DNA of 64,000 nt from an uncultured Bacillota bacterium (lineage in GTDB: Bacteria > Bacillota > DTU025 > MWDF01), in contig CAWGMK010000013.1 of the NCBI GenBank assembly GCA_963823655.1, positions 96,001-160,000 of the forward strand, given 5' to 3'. Under the pieces are notes generated by a model. The model was given only the letters and a program-made list of their open reading frames with translations, did not search any database and was not told the origin of the DNA. A program made the translations under genes and the position numbers. The number at the start of each line of letters is the position of its first letter. The stretch's first letter is position 1. Positions 37,722 through 47,450 of the stretch are shown here, piece by piece.

Positions 37722-40421
37722 ATGATGCGAAAACATTATGAACCTAAAAGAGGGCTGATAAGCTTATTGATGGCGGCGATTGTGATCACCGCTATTTCGT
37801 TGCCTATCTGCACTTGTGCCGCAGCCGAGGCGCTAAAGTCATGGAATCTTGATGTTGTGGGCTTCGGAAAGACATCTTCCTATCAATTGGCGTCAGATGA
37901 GATGGGCCAGCCCTATATTCCAGTAGAGACCCTCGCTAAGGCCTTTGCTATTGGTTTGCAGCAGACTACTGAAGGCTATAAATTGTCCTGGTCCGGGAAG
38001 TCCGCATTAATTCGCGAAGGGGGGCTTTCCCTTGGACAGGTAAGCCTGCCAAGCCCGATATTGAACATTTCAGGCAAGCTTTCTTTTCCTCTGAAGGGGA
38101 TAACAGCGCTCGGAATTAAGCTTGCCATCGATGAGAATGCCGGGCTAGCCACAGCAACAATACCTCGCGCCAGCATCATATCCATGAGTAAATTGCAGGG
38201 AGACGGACCTACGGTATTCACCATTCAGCTCTCATTCGCGCCATCGAAAATCGAAAGCTTCGTGCTGGCCCTACCTGACCGGCTTGTCATCGATCTTTCC
38301 GAGACGACAGTAGAGCCGGCCCAAAGCAAGGATATCGTGTCCCCAGAGGCCACAAGGATTAGGGCTTCAATGAATAAACCGGGCGTTGCTCGTGTAGTGC
38401 TTGAACTGACGAAGGCAGGTACAGGATCTAAGGTGTACCAGGATCCCCTTGATCCGAGCCTTATAAAAGTCTCCTTCCCTGGAAAGATCGTGGGGGCCGG
38501 GTTTGTGTCTGCCGAGGGGGCTGCAGGTTTTGAGATCAAAGCAACTTCGAACCTTTCAGCAATGAACCTGATAGAAAGCGCGGATAAGGCGATTGTCAGC
38601 ATCCCTGACTTCCTGCCGGATAAGGCATTGAAGCTGTCGGGGGATGGATTTAAAGTATCTCAGGAGGCATATCCGCTTACCAAAGTGGAATTCGGGCTTT
38701 CCGGCATGATAGCGGGCAAGCCGTCGTTTAAAAGCGGCTTAGTATTCATACCGCTTCAGAACGCATTGACGGGCATAAGTGTGGCATCTGACGGCGCGCT
38801 GTCTATCAAGCTGGGCTTCGCCGGTACGCTTGCCTCATATTCGGCAGATCAATCCCAGGATGGCAGCTCAATAAGCCTGCTGCTTGGCGGCACTGCCGCA
38901 GTCCTTCCCGGTTCCATATCAGGGCTAGCTGAATCGGGCATTTCATTTAAGCTGGAGGAGGAAGAGAAGGGAGCTCGGCTGAGCTTATCCGGCCTCAAGG
39001 CTGAAGCAAGAGACATTGTGCTCTCAGATGACAGAAAAAGCATTGCCATTTACTTTGGTGGATCCGTAACAGGGCTTGAGGAGTACCTCGACAACGGGGT
39101 AAGCAGGTTGTCTTTTAAGTATGAGGGCCAGAGCGGTGAGCCCAGGCTCGATGAAGTTTCGGACGGCGAATATGCTCTGCAATTTCCGGGAGTGACAGGC
39201 ATAGACAAGGTATCCTCAGCCATGTCTGCACTAAATGGAAAGGGCAGCTTAGCCTGGAATCGCACTCAAGAAGGTCTGGAGTGCCTCATTTCCCTTAACG
39301 ACGGGTTTATTGCTGTACTGAGGCCTGCGAAAGCGGCAGGTTCGTGCGTAATTGACATTGGTTTAGAGGTTTTGGGTTATGAAATCGAAAGCTCGAACGG
39401 CAGCACAAAGGTAAGGATTTTCACAAGCGGGCCTTCTTCTGCGGAGGTATTCAGGCTTAGGGAGCCTGACAGGCTCGTCGTAGATTTCCCGGGTTTCGTC
39501 GAAGCAAATCAGAGATATGAGGAGTTTCCTTTACCGGGCATAGTGAAGAAGGCAAGGTCCGGCCAGAACACCATTGGAGTTGCCAGATTCGTTTTCGACC
39601 TCGACAGATATTTGGGCCACACTTGGTCTATGTCAGATTCTGCGGAAGGCATAGATATTGTACTTGCGGATAAACTGACAGGCCTTGAAGGCCGCCTGAT
39701 ACTTCTTGATCCCGGACATGGCGGCATGGACGGAGGCGCAGTCGGCAACTCGATAATTGAGAAAGATGTCAACTTGGACATAGCTATAAAGCTCAGGGCG
39801 ATGCTGGAGGAGAAGGGCGCGGTCGTAGTAATGACCAGATCGCTTGATACTAAAGTTGACCTGCTGGACCGCTCATCCATGGTAAATCTGCTGCTTCCGG
39901 ACGCCGTTGTGTGCATTCACTCGAACTCAGTGATTTCAGATGCGCCCAATGGCACTGAGACTTACTATTACAATGCGGAAGAATTAAGCCGAGAACTTGC
40001 AACATCCGTCCATAAGTCGTTAGTGGACAGAATCAAGCTTTCAAGCAGGGGAGTCTTCAAGAAGGAGTACCACATGGTAAAGGAGACCCTATCCCCAGCC
40101 GTGCTTGTTGAAGTGGGCTTCCTTTCTAACAAACAGGACGCCTTAAGACTTGCCGATCCAGCCTTCAGGCAATTGGCCGCAGAGGGGATATTCGACGGGC
40201 TTGCGTCCTATTTCAGCGCCTCTTACACAGATATCTGGGCCCAGATGAAAGACGGCATTCTACAGTCATTGAAAGCGCCATCCTATTCGCCTTCCGATGC
40301 ATACTGGCCCGGACTTATGCTGCAGGAGCCATGGATCATCGTAGAGCCTGCTCTAGATGAGTCGATAATTACGCAGTTCGAAACGATCGAGGAACCTGAG
40401 CTGGAGCTCATGCTCCCTTAA
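37722..40421 (+). CDS. Large N-acetylmuramoyl-L-alanine amidase (Amidase_3) with AMIN-like domains
   Basis: Signal peptide; two F.L..PDRLV.D...R.V..L AMIN-like motifs; DPGHGG, EKDVNL, IHSNS, LVEVGFLSN. Confidence 0.88.
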   Translation: MMRKHYEPKRGLISLLMAAIVITAISLPICTCAAAEALKSWNLDVVGFGKTSSYQLASDEMGQPYIPVETLAKAFAIGLQQTTEGYKLSWSGKSALIREGGLSLGQVSLPSPILNISGKLSFPLKGITALGIKLAIDENAGLATATIPRASIISMSKLQGDGPTVFTIQLSFAPSKIESFVLALPDRLVIDLSETTVEPAQSKDIVSPEATRIRASMNKPGVARVVLELTKAGTGSKVYQDPLDPSLIKVSFPGKIVGAGFVSAEGAAGFEIKATSNLSAMNLIESADKAIVSIPDFLPDKALKLSGDGFKVSQEAYPLTKVEFGLSGMIAGKPSFKSGLVFIPLQNALTGISVASDGALSIKLGFAGTLASYSADQSQDGSSISLLLGGTAAVLPGSISGLAESGISFKLEEEEKGARLSLSGLKAEARDIVLSDDRKSIAIYFGGSVTGLEEYLDNGVSRLSFKYEGQSGEPRLDEVSDGEYALQFPGVTGIDKVSSAMSALNGKGSLAWNRTQEGLECLISLNDGFIAVLRPAKAAGSCVIDIGLEVLGYEIESSNGSTKVRIFTSGPSSAEVFRLREPDRLVVDFPGFVEANQRYEEFPLPGIVKKARSGQNTIGVARFVFDLDRYLGHTWSMSDSAEGIDIVLADKLTGLEGRLILLDPGHGGMDGGAVGNSIIEKDVNLDIAIKLRAMLEEKGAVVVMTRSLDTKVDLLDRSSMVNLLLPDAVVCIHSNSVISDAPNGTETYYYNAEELSRELATSVHKSLVDRIKLSSRGVFKKEYHMVKETLSPAVLVEVGFLSNKQDALRLADPAFRQLAAEGIFDGLASYFSASYTDIWAQMKDGILQSLKAPSYSPSDAYWPGLMLQEPWIIVEPALDESIITQFETIEEPELELMLP

Positions 40422-40435
40422 TGACGGAGGTAAAG

Positions 40436-41185
40436 ATGGAAAACGCAAGAGACGACGGCAGGAGGCCGGATCAAATCAGGAACATGAAGATAACGAGGAG
40501 CTTTATCAGCACATGCCCCGGATCGGTTCTCGTCGAGATGGGCAGGACAAGGGTGCTCTGTACAGCGACGATTGAAGATAGGGTTCCGCCTCATGTGAAG
40601 GGAACCGGGAAGGGCTGGGTTACGGCTGAATACTCGATGTTGCCAAGATCGTCGTCCCAGCGGGTGATCAGGGAAAGGTCCACCCTTAAAACGGGCGGCA
40701 GGACGCATGAGATACAGAGGCTGATTGGCAGATCGCTCAGGTCTGTCACTGACATGCAAGCCTTGGGTGAGACCAGCGTTCTAATAGACTGCGATGTGCT
40801 GGAGGCGGACGGCGGAACGAGGACGGCGTCGATTAACGGTGCATTCGTTGCGCTTGTGGATGCGCTTGCAGCGGATGCAAGATGGGCTTCAGGGCCGCTG
40901 CCGATTTCAGACTGGCTAGGGGCTATCAGCTGCGGCATAGTCGGCGGGCGATTGCTTCTTGATCTGGCATATTCTGAAGATTCTATAGCGGACGTGGACA
41001 TGAACCTTGTTATGACGGGCTCAGGCGGCATTGTTGAGTTCCAGGCCACGGCAGAGGGGGAGACCTTCAGCCAAAAGCAAGCTGATGCATTGGTGAAGCT
41101 CTCGTCCAAGGGAATTAAGGCAGTTATCTCCGCGCAGAGGAAGGCGCTTGGTAAAGCACTTTCAGAGAGGATTGCCGCACGATGA
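40436..41185 (+). CDS. rph: Ribonuclease PH
   Basis: GWVTAEYSMLP, GRTHEIQRLIGRSLR, CDVLEADGGTRTASI. Confidence 0.96.
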   Translation: MENARDDGRRPDQIRNMKITRSFISTCPGSVLVEMGRTRVLCTATIEDRVPPHVKGTGKGWVTAEYSMLPRSSSQRVIRERSTLKTGGRTHEIQRLIGRSLRSVTDMQALGETSVLIDCDVLEADGGTRTASINGAFVALVDALAADARWASGPLPISDWLGAISCGIVGGRLLLDLAYSEDSIADVDMNLVMTGSGGIVEFQATAEGETFSQKQADALVKLSSKGIKAVISAQRKALGKALSERIAAR

Positions 41186-41796
41186 GGCCAAAACTGCTGG
41201 TGGCGACCGGAAACCGCGGTAAATTGGTCGAAGTAAGGCGCATAATTGGCGACAAGTATGAGCTTCTGTGCAATGACGATTTTCCAGGGATAGTCATGCC
41301 CGAGGAGGATGGGCTGACTTTCGCGGATAATGCTGCAAAAAAGGCGCTTACTGCAGCCGGGCAGGCCGGTATTCCAACATTGGCTGATGATAGCGGCTTG
41401 GCCGTAGATGCGCTGGACGGCGCGCCTGGCGTCTTCTCCGCAAGATATGGCGGCGAAGAGTTAAAAGATGATATTAGCAGGTACATGCTTCTCCTTGAAA
41501 AGATGAAGGATGTTCCTGTTGGGAACAGGTCCGCGAGGTTTGTGAGCGCGGTTGCGCTTGCCCTTCCCGGGAAGCTTATAGCGGTCAAGGAAGGCACGTG
41601 CGAGGGCTCCATCATATTCGGGCCCAGGGGTGAAAATGGTTTCGGATATGATCCCGTATTTGTACCTGAAGGTTTTGATTTGACATATGCTGAGCTTCCG
41701 GGGGAAGTGAAGGATAGGATCAGCCACAGGTTCAAGGCGCTCATGGCTATGTTGCCCGAAATCAGCCGACTGTTAGATCAGCAAATTTCGTCTTAA
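41182..41796 (+). CDS. rdgB: Non-canonical purine NTP pyrophosphatase
   Basis: ATGNRGK, ADDSGL.VDAL.GAPGVFSARY, GFGYDP, ISHR. Confidence 0.95.
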   Translation: MRPKLLVATGNRGKLVEVRRIIGDKYELLCNDDFPGIVMPEEDGLTFADNAAKKALTAAGQAGIPTLADDSGLAVDALDGAPGVFSARYGGEELKDDISRYMLLLEKMKDVPVGNRSARFVSAVALALPGKLIAVKEGTCEGSIIFGPRGENGFGYDPVFVPEGFDLTYAELPGEVKDRISHRFKALMAMLPEISRLLDQQISS

Positions 41797-41830
41797 CTCG
41801 CAGGTGCGGTTATGGTAACATAATAAATTG

Positions 41831-41907
41831 CGGGGCGTAGCTCAGTTTGGTGGAGCGCATGGTTTGGGACCATGAAGTCGCAGGTTCAAGTCCTGTCGCC
41901 CCGACCA
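41831..41907 (+). tRNA. tRNA-Pro (TGG)
   Basis: Cloverleaf with catgg-tt TGG ga-ccatg anticodon arm, GGTTCAAG T-loop, encoded CCA. Confidence 0.96.
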
Positions 41908-41918
41908 CTACAAAAATC

Positions 41919-41944
41919 AGGGCCAATAAGGCCCTTTTTCTTTT
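41919..41944 (+). terminator. Terminator after tRNA
   Basis: agggcc/ggccct stem plus T run. Confidence 0.65.
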
Positions 41945-42749
41945 ATCTCCTGCTCAGGCGCCTTTCCAAGTTGGCAAGGCCGAAGAAAGCCGCATTGAAC
42001 ATAACGATAGTAGCGCCAGTTGGCAAGTCGAACATGTATGAAGCGGTTATGCCGAGGATGACAGAGAGGACAGCAAGGCCGACGGATACGATCATTGCGG
42101 ACCTGAAGCCTTTCACAAGCATTAGAGCTGTCACAGACGGGAGTATCAGAAGAGCGGATACAAGCATTATTCCAACCATCTTCACAGACAGCACAACAAC
42201 TACAGCCGTAAGCATAACCAGCAGCCTGTTAACAAGGCCGGTGGCTATTCCTGTCGTGCTTGCATACTCTTCATCGAAAGTAGCTGAGAACAGGTCATAG
42301 TAGAAGAGGTAGACCACTACGAAGACAATAGCTGAGAGTATTACCGAAAGGATTAGCTCATTGCCGCTTATGGTCAGGATGTTGCCGAAGAGGTAGCTCA
42401 TAAGGTCAACATTAAAACCGCCGGAAAGGCTCGCGAGAATTACGCCGGACGAAATCCCTATTGCAGAGACTATTCCAATCGCCGCATCCCCGAAGAGTTT
42501 TGTCCTTTCAGTTATTGCCAAAATGCCTAACGACGCCAGCAGCACCAGGGGAACCGCGATATAGAAAGGATATACCCCGAGCAGCAGGCCGAATGCAATT
42601 GCCCCGAAGCTTACATGCGACAGCCCGTCTCCGATCATCGACATCTTCCTCAGCACGAGGAAAAGGCCCAGGACTGCGCAGAGCGCGGCTATGAATGAAC
42701 CGGCTATGAATGCCCTCTGTACGAAAGCCAGACTCAGAAAGGTTTGCAT
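41943..42749 (-). CDS. znuB: Zn/Mn ABC permease (ZnuB/ABC-3)
   Basis: QRAFIAG, GDGLSHVSF, SYLFGNIL, VGIMLVSALLILP. Confidence 0.88.
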   Translation of the reverse strand: MQTFLSLAFVQRAFIAGSFIAALCAVLGLFLVLRKMSMIGDGLSHVSFGAIAFGLLLGVYPFYIAVPLVLLASLGILAITERTKLFGDAAIGIVSAIGISSGVILASLSGGFNVDLMSYLFGNILTISGNELILSVILSAIVFVVVYLFYYDLFSATFDEEYASTTGIATGLVNRLLVMLTAVVVVLSVKMVGIMLVSALLILPSVTALMLVKGFRSAMIVSVGLAVLSVILGITASYMFDLPTGATIVMFNAAFFGLANLERRLSRR

Positions 42750-42753
42750 CTCA

Positions 42754-43523
42754 TCACCTATGCCTGTGGCAGATAATATGCTGATAAATCCGCCGAAGTA
42801 TTCATTCATCTTTTCTGAGGAGCAGAATTCATCGAATCCGCCGTAGAATACGAGCTCTCCGTCAAGATATAGCAGCTTCTTGGCATGCTCGCCTATGTTT
42901 CCTGTATCATGTGTGATCATGATGATGGTTATTCCATCAGAAGTATTCATCTCTTTTACGAGCGCGTAGAATGAGGCCCTGCTCTGAGGATCCAAGGCGG
43001 TGCTGGGCTCATCCAGCACAAGAAGTCGTGGTTTGGACACTAAGGCCCTTGCCAGGAACACTTTCTGCTGCTGCCCTCCGGAAAGCTCGACGAGCGTCTT
43101 GGAAGCCAGCACGGCGATGCCCAGCTTTTCCATTATCTCATCTACTTGGCCCATATCCTTTCTTGTAAGGGACTTCGGGAAGCCCTTTCTCGAAAGCAGG
43201 CCCAGCGATACTACTTCTCTGACTGAGGCGGGGAAGAGCGGGTTGAAAGTATTCGTCCTTTGCGGCAGATATCCGATGAGGCCCCAGTCCTTGAAGCGGG
43301 AATATGGCTGCCCGAACAGCTCTATGCTGCCGGAGCTCGGGGGAACCAGGCCCAGGATCACCTTGACCAGTGTGGACTTGCCCGCGCCGTTGGGGCCGGC
43401 CAGGCCGATATAATCGCCCGGTTCTACGTCGAATGTGATGCCCTTTATGACCTCACCCTGGCCGTAGCCGGCAGAAAGGTTCTGGACTTTGATTATCGGA
43501 TCGCTAGTTACCACTATACTCAA
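42754..43523 (-). CDS. znuC: Zn/Mn ABC ATPase (ZnuC); apparent fusion to znuB caused by a missing base at ~42786-42788
   Basis: GPNGAGKST, LSGGQQQKV, LDEP, THD; alternate frame gives YQHIICHRHR-stop. Confidence 0.82.
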
Positions 43524-44469
43524 GCCCCACCTTCAGATTCTCGAGGTTCTTCCGCATAAGCTCAACGAAAGTCACGCCAAATTCGAACTCGGATTTGGAG
43601 ATATTATGCCCTGCATGCAGCATAAGCATGCCGGCTCCGGTTTCTTTGGAGATGGTCTCCGCTGCTCTAGGCTCTACGAGCTCCTCAAAAAAGATGAACT
43701 TGGAGCCGCTCTCTTCCATTAGGCTCATGAGCTCCGAAATCTGCCTGGGTCCAAGCTCAGAATCAGGTGAGAAGCCCTGGGCTGCCTTGTATTGAAGCCC
43801 GTAACGGCCTGCCAGATATCCAAAAGCGTAATGTCCGCCATGAATGATTACTTTCTTTCCGCATTTTTCAATTGCCGCCCTGAAAGATTCGTCCAGGCTT
43901 GCCAACTCAAGGCAGTATGCTTCAGCATTGTCCAGGTAGTAGTCCGTCCCTTCCGGGTCTATCTCCGAGAGCGCGGTTGCAATTCTTCTAACCATGTACT
44001 CTGCGTTTGTGAAGTCGAGCCATACGTGAGGGTCAATGGAAGCCCCTTCATCATGGCCGGCCTCATCATCATGTTCGCCGGTTATGATAACGGGTACTCC
44101 TAAGCCTGCCTCAAGGGGTTTGACGGAGGAGCCTTCCTTGATACCACCAAGAAGGTCATCTACCCAGGGCTCCATCTCATGGCTTGTATAAATGAATAGG
44201 GAAGCTTCGGTAAGCTTGCCGATATCGCTCGGCTTGGGCTCATATGAGTGAGCTTCTAGCCCGGGAGTAAGGAGCATTGATAAAGAAATCCTGTCTCCTC
44301 CGACTGCCCTTGCGAAATCGTACACCGGGAATATTGAAGCAATCACATTTATCCCGGCTTCAGCATCATCTGAGGCATCCTTGCTGAATGCGGCATATAA
44401 TGCGAATGCAATGGCAACAATCAGGACGAATGCGATTATTAGCCTACCCTTTGACATCATATTTGCCAT
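43504..44469 (-). CDS. znuA: Zn/Mn ABC substrate-binding protein (ZnuA/AdcA)
   Basis: EAHSYEPKP, His/Asp loop, DPHVWLD, HYAFGYLA.RYGL. Confidence 0.9.
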   Translation of the reverse strand: MANMMSKGRLIIAFVLIVAIAFALYAAFSKDASDDAEAGINVIASIFPVYDFARAVGGDRISLSMLLTPGLEAHSYEPKPSDIGKLTEASLFIYTSHEMEPWVDDLLGGIKEGSSVKPLEAGLGVPVIITGEHDDEAGHDEGASIDPHVWLDFTNAEYMVRRIATALSEIDPEGTDYYLDNAEAYCLELASLDESFRAAIEKCGKKVIIHGGHYAFGYLAGRYGLQYKAAQGFSPDSELGPRQISELMSLMEESGSKFIFFEELVEPRAAETISKETGAGMLMLHAGHNISKSEFEFGVTFVELMRKNLENLKVGLEYSGN

Positions 44470-45166
44470 TCTTCTCCTTAAAGCCGTGCCTTACGTGAGA
44501 TCCGTCGCAGAAAGGCATGTTGCTGCTTTTTCCGCATCTGCAAAGCGTGACTCTGTTTCTTATCTCATATTCCTCGCCGTCGCCGGAAATGACGGGGATG
44601 CCGGATTTTACCCAAAGTGGGCCGGAACAATCGGCAGCCGGGTCCTCTACCAGCACAATTTCCTTTTCCAAGTTGGGCTCAATTGGCTCAAAAGTCTCTT
44701 TATCGTAAACTACCAGCCTGCCGGCGGGGCAGTCTCTCGTCTGCCTTATAGCGATCTCCCTGGCCCTTGGATCGTCCGATTTTGTCGTAAGCTTCCATGT
44801 TCCGCCATAGCTGTCGCAGAAGCGGGCGCTCGCACACAGTACCCTTTTATCCGTAAGAATTAGCTTCGGCCCTTCGATAAGCTCAACGTCTTCTATATAG
44901 GGCTCGTTGCCGGCAGTTTCGGTGCCGTCAAAGCCGATTTCCGAGTGGGTACCATCGCAAAAAGGAGCCCTTTTAGTCTTTCCGCACCTGCATAGGCTGT
45001 AGTTGTCAGGAGTGGTGACAGTCTCGCCGTCTACCCATTCCAAAGCCTGCCCAGCGGCATTGCTCTTGATTATCTGCCGTTTTAGCGGAATCGGGCCCTC
45101 TACCAGGAACGGCCCGTTTTTTATCACACGTATCTTGACCGACGCTTTTTTGGCCTTGCTTTCCAC
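44444..45166 (-). CDS. Tandem CDGSH iron-sulfur protein with central ferredoxin-like domain
   Basis: LCRCGKTKRAPFCDGTH and LCRCGKSSNMPFCDGSH; central LCASARFC...CPAGRL. Confidence 0.88.
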   Translation of the reverse strand: MESKAKKASVKIRVIKNGPFLVEGPIPLKRQIIKSNAAGQALEWVDGETVTTPDNYSLCRCGKTKRAPFCDGTHSEIGFDGTETAGNEPYIEDVELIEGPKLILTDKRVLCASARFCDSYGGTWKLTTKSDDPRAREIAIRQTRDCPAGRLVVYDKETFEPIEPNLEKEIVLVEDPAADCSGPLWVKSGIPVISGDGEEYEIRNRVTLCRCGKSSNMPFCDGSHVRHGFKEKNGKYDVKG

Positions 45167-45239
45167 TGCAATGCCTCCTTATTTGCGTTATTGCCAAATA
45201 TTATTGTATCACAGTAGCATATCAGTCACTCGGGCGAGC

Positions 45240-46154
45240 CTAAATCCATAGACGGTCAAGCCAACCTATTGCAGGCTCTATATCAAGCTCCTGCGCGGCT
45301 TGTACCAAGTAAGGAACCCCCGATACCTCGTCCAAGCCAACTGGGTCGTCGGCGCTTATTACGGAATTTAGCCTCATATAGTTTTCTTTCAAAATGGAGC
45401 TGCACTGGTATTCGGCAATACCTGAAGGTGCATCCATCAGCAGAGGAAGTATGTAAGGGGCCCATTCAACAAGGCCCCAGCCCTCGGTTTCTTTGGAAAC
45501 GAATCTGGAGTTGATGCCGGTGCCGATAGACATAAGGCAGATGTTCTCATCGCCTCCGAGCATCGGGTTATGCTTTTTCGCAAGCGAGAAGGCACACATA
45601 GCCGGATTATTGACGGCGACTCCGCCATCGATGTATCCATCCACAGAAGGAAAGAAAGTCGGAGCCGCGCTGGTATAAAGGGCGGCTTTCCAGCATGGGA
45701 TGTCCAAGTCCCCGGTGTTCTCATCTAGATTATGGAAGAATTTCGGGCCCCAGCTTCTGGGCCTTCCGCCCTTTCCCTTGTTGTCCATGGAGAAGGAGGA
45801 GACCATAACACCGGTTTCCAGATCCCCGAGAGTCTTATCCCGGAAACTTGCCTTCAATGCGGCAGAAAGACCATCGTTAGGGTACCGCGGACCTGCCAGT
45901 GGGCTCTGCTTGAGCTTGCCTGCCAGCTTCTGAGCAGGAAAAACAGAGGAGGCCTTTTCAGAGAACAGCTTGATGAAATCATCGAGGCATGCTCCGGAAG
46001 CAATTCCTAAGGCGATGATGCCACCTACGGAAGTGCCTGCCACCAGGTCTGCTTTACCCAACCATCCGGGGCGAAGGCCTTCAAGCCTTTTTAGGACAAC
46101 TAGAGTATAGAGGCCCCTGATTCCTCCGCCGTCCAGCGACAATATCCGATACAT
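45240..46154 (-). CDS. Patatin-like phospholipase
   Basis: ILSLDGGGIRG, GTSVG nucleophile elbow, SAAPTFFP, DGG. Confidence 0.9.
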   Translation of the reverse strand: MYRILSLDGGGIRGLYTLVVLKRLEGLRPGWLGKADLVAGTSVGGIIALGIASGACLDDFIKLFSEKASSVFPAQKLAGKLKQSPLAGPRYPNDGLSAALKASFRDKTLGDLETGVMVSSFSMDNKGKGGRPRSWGPKFFHNLDENTGDLDIPCWKAALYTSAAPTFFPSVDGYIDGGVAVNNPAMCAFSLAKKHNPMLGGDENICLMSIGTGINSRFVSKETEGWGLVEWAPYILPLLMDAPSGIAEYQCSSILKENYMRLNSVISADDPVGLDEVSGVPYLVQAAQELDIEPAIGWLDRLWI

Positions 46155-46367
46155 CGAAACCTCCTGAATGCGAATGATAAAATATTCTACGAAATGCCGC
46201 CGATTTCCTACGAAATAATGGAACAAAACAGATATTTAGAACGTAAACAAAATAAGCCTGTCTGCGCGTATTATTAAACCAGAGCTTACTACCTGTTACC
46301 GCCCTATTCGGCAAAGAAGGAACATGTCGCGGGGCGTATGGGTTAGAATTATGCTGAGGTGAATACG

Positions 46368-47027
46368 ATGAAGTTAAAGGCTCTAATACTTGCCCTCGTC
46401 GTTCTTTTAGCTGCCGCCCTTGCCGGCGGGTGCTACAAAGAGCTGGCATTGAGGGATTTCTCCAAGCCTGGCCAACAGACGCTTGACGGCTGGCATCTAA
46501 TCCCGTTTGGAGACCAGAAATTCACAAAAGGCGGCCTTGCATTGGGTAAGGCTACTTTTAGCGTTCCGCTTCTCACGGGCGAGGAATTCAATCTACGGCT
46601 CGAGATGGACGCCAAGCTTGAGGGCGTAGAACTAAATGAGTTCGGTATCTGCCTTTCTCAGGAGAAAGTATACCTTTCAAACCTGGGCAACAATGTAATC
46701 ATTAGGACTCAATCTTCGGCTGGCATCTCAAGCTACGAGGCGTTCAGCGTGAATTTCGTTGTAAAGAGCAGGACATTCGCCTCGGGCCAGGAGATACTTC
46801 CCGGATTCAAGCTTAATGGAAAGAACGTAATAAGCCTTTGGAAGAAGGGTGCGGAATTCGGCTGGACTGTCAACGGCAAGAAATCCGGCCCCTATGATCT
46901 GCCTTCGGACTTCCGGAATGGTCTATACATTCATTTTAATATAAACACCGCGCCGGCATCCGAGGAAGCGATCACGATTTCACGCATAAGAGTGACCGGG
47001 CCGCAGGACAGCGCCACGGGATGGTAA
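46368..47027 (+). CDS. Hypothetical lipoprotein (beta-rich)
   Basis: GAGGTG RBS; lipobox LAGGC. Confidence 0.7.
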   Translation: MKLKALILALVVLLAAALAGGCYKELALRDFSKPGQQTLDGWHLIPFGDQKFTKGGLALGKATFSVPLLTGEEFNLRLEMDAKLEGVELNEFGICLSQEKVYLSNLGNNVIIRTQSSAGISSYEAFSVNFVVKSRTFASGQEILPGFKLNGKNVISLWKKGAEFGWTVNGKKSGPYDLPSDFRNGLYIHFNINTAPASEEAITISRIRVTGPQDSATGW

Positions 47028-47031
47028 ACGC

Positions 47032-47427
47032 ATGTTCAACATCGTAGCCCCCTTGTTCCTCGCAGCAGGCGCATTGTTAGCAGGGGATTTCATGCTGATT
47101 GCCTCCAGGGCTCCCAGCAAGGTGAAGCCGGACTGGCCAACGGCTGTGCTTGCGGGGGCGGCCGGTATGCTTGCTTCTGAGCTGCTTTCTTTGGTATCTT
47201 GGCAGTTCACTTCGTGGCTGATTCCTGCTTTGGGCGAGGCGGGAGCAAGCTGGTTGGATGTAGTGATATCGCCACTAATTGCGGCAATACTAGCAGCCTT
47301 TATAATCAGTAAAGAAGTTCAATATGCCCTGGAAGAACGCGTATCTCAGCGCGGCGGCAGGACTAGTGCCGGCATTTCTGATATATTCGATACTTTTAGG
47401 GATATTCTCCGGCTTTCTGGCCGGTAA
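47032..47427 (+). CDS. Hypothetical membrane protein (about 3 TM)
   Basis: Hydrophobic segments; 4 nt gap to upstream gene. Confidence 0.55.
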   Translation: MFNIVAPLFLAAGALLAGDFMLIASRAPSKVKPDWPTAVLAGAAGMLASELLSLVSWQFTSWLIPALGEAGASWLDVVISPLIAAILAAFIISKEVQYALEERVSQRGGRTSAGISDIFDTFRDILRLSGR

Positions 47428-47450
47428 GAATTAAAAGGGAGGCGAAAAGA

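Noticed and set aside
45240-46154. CBASS/CapV anti-phage effector
   Set aside because: No CD-NTase, E1/E2/JAB or other defence gene nearby
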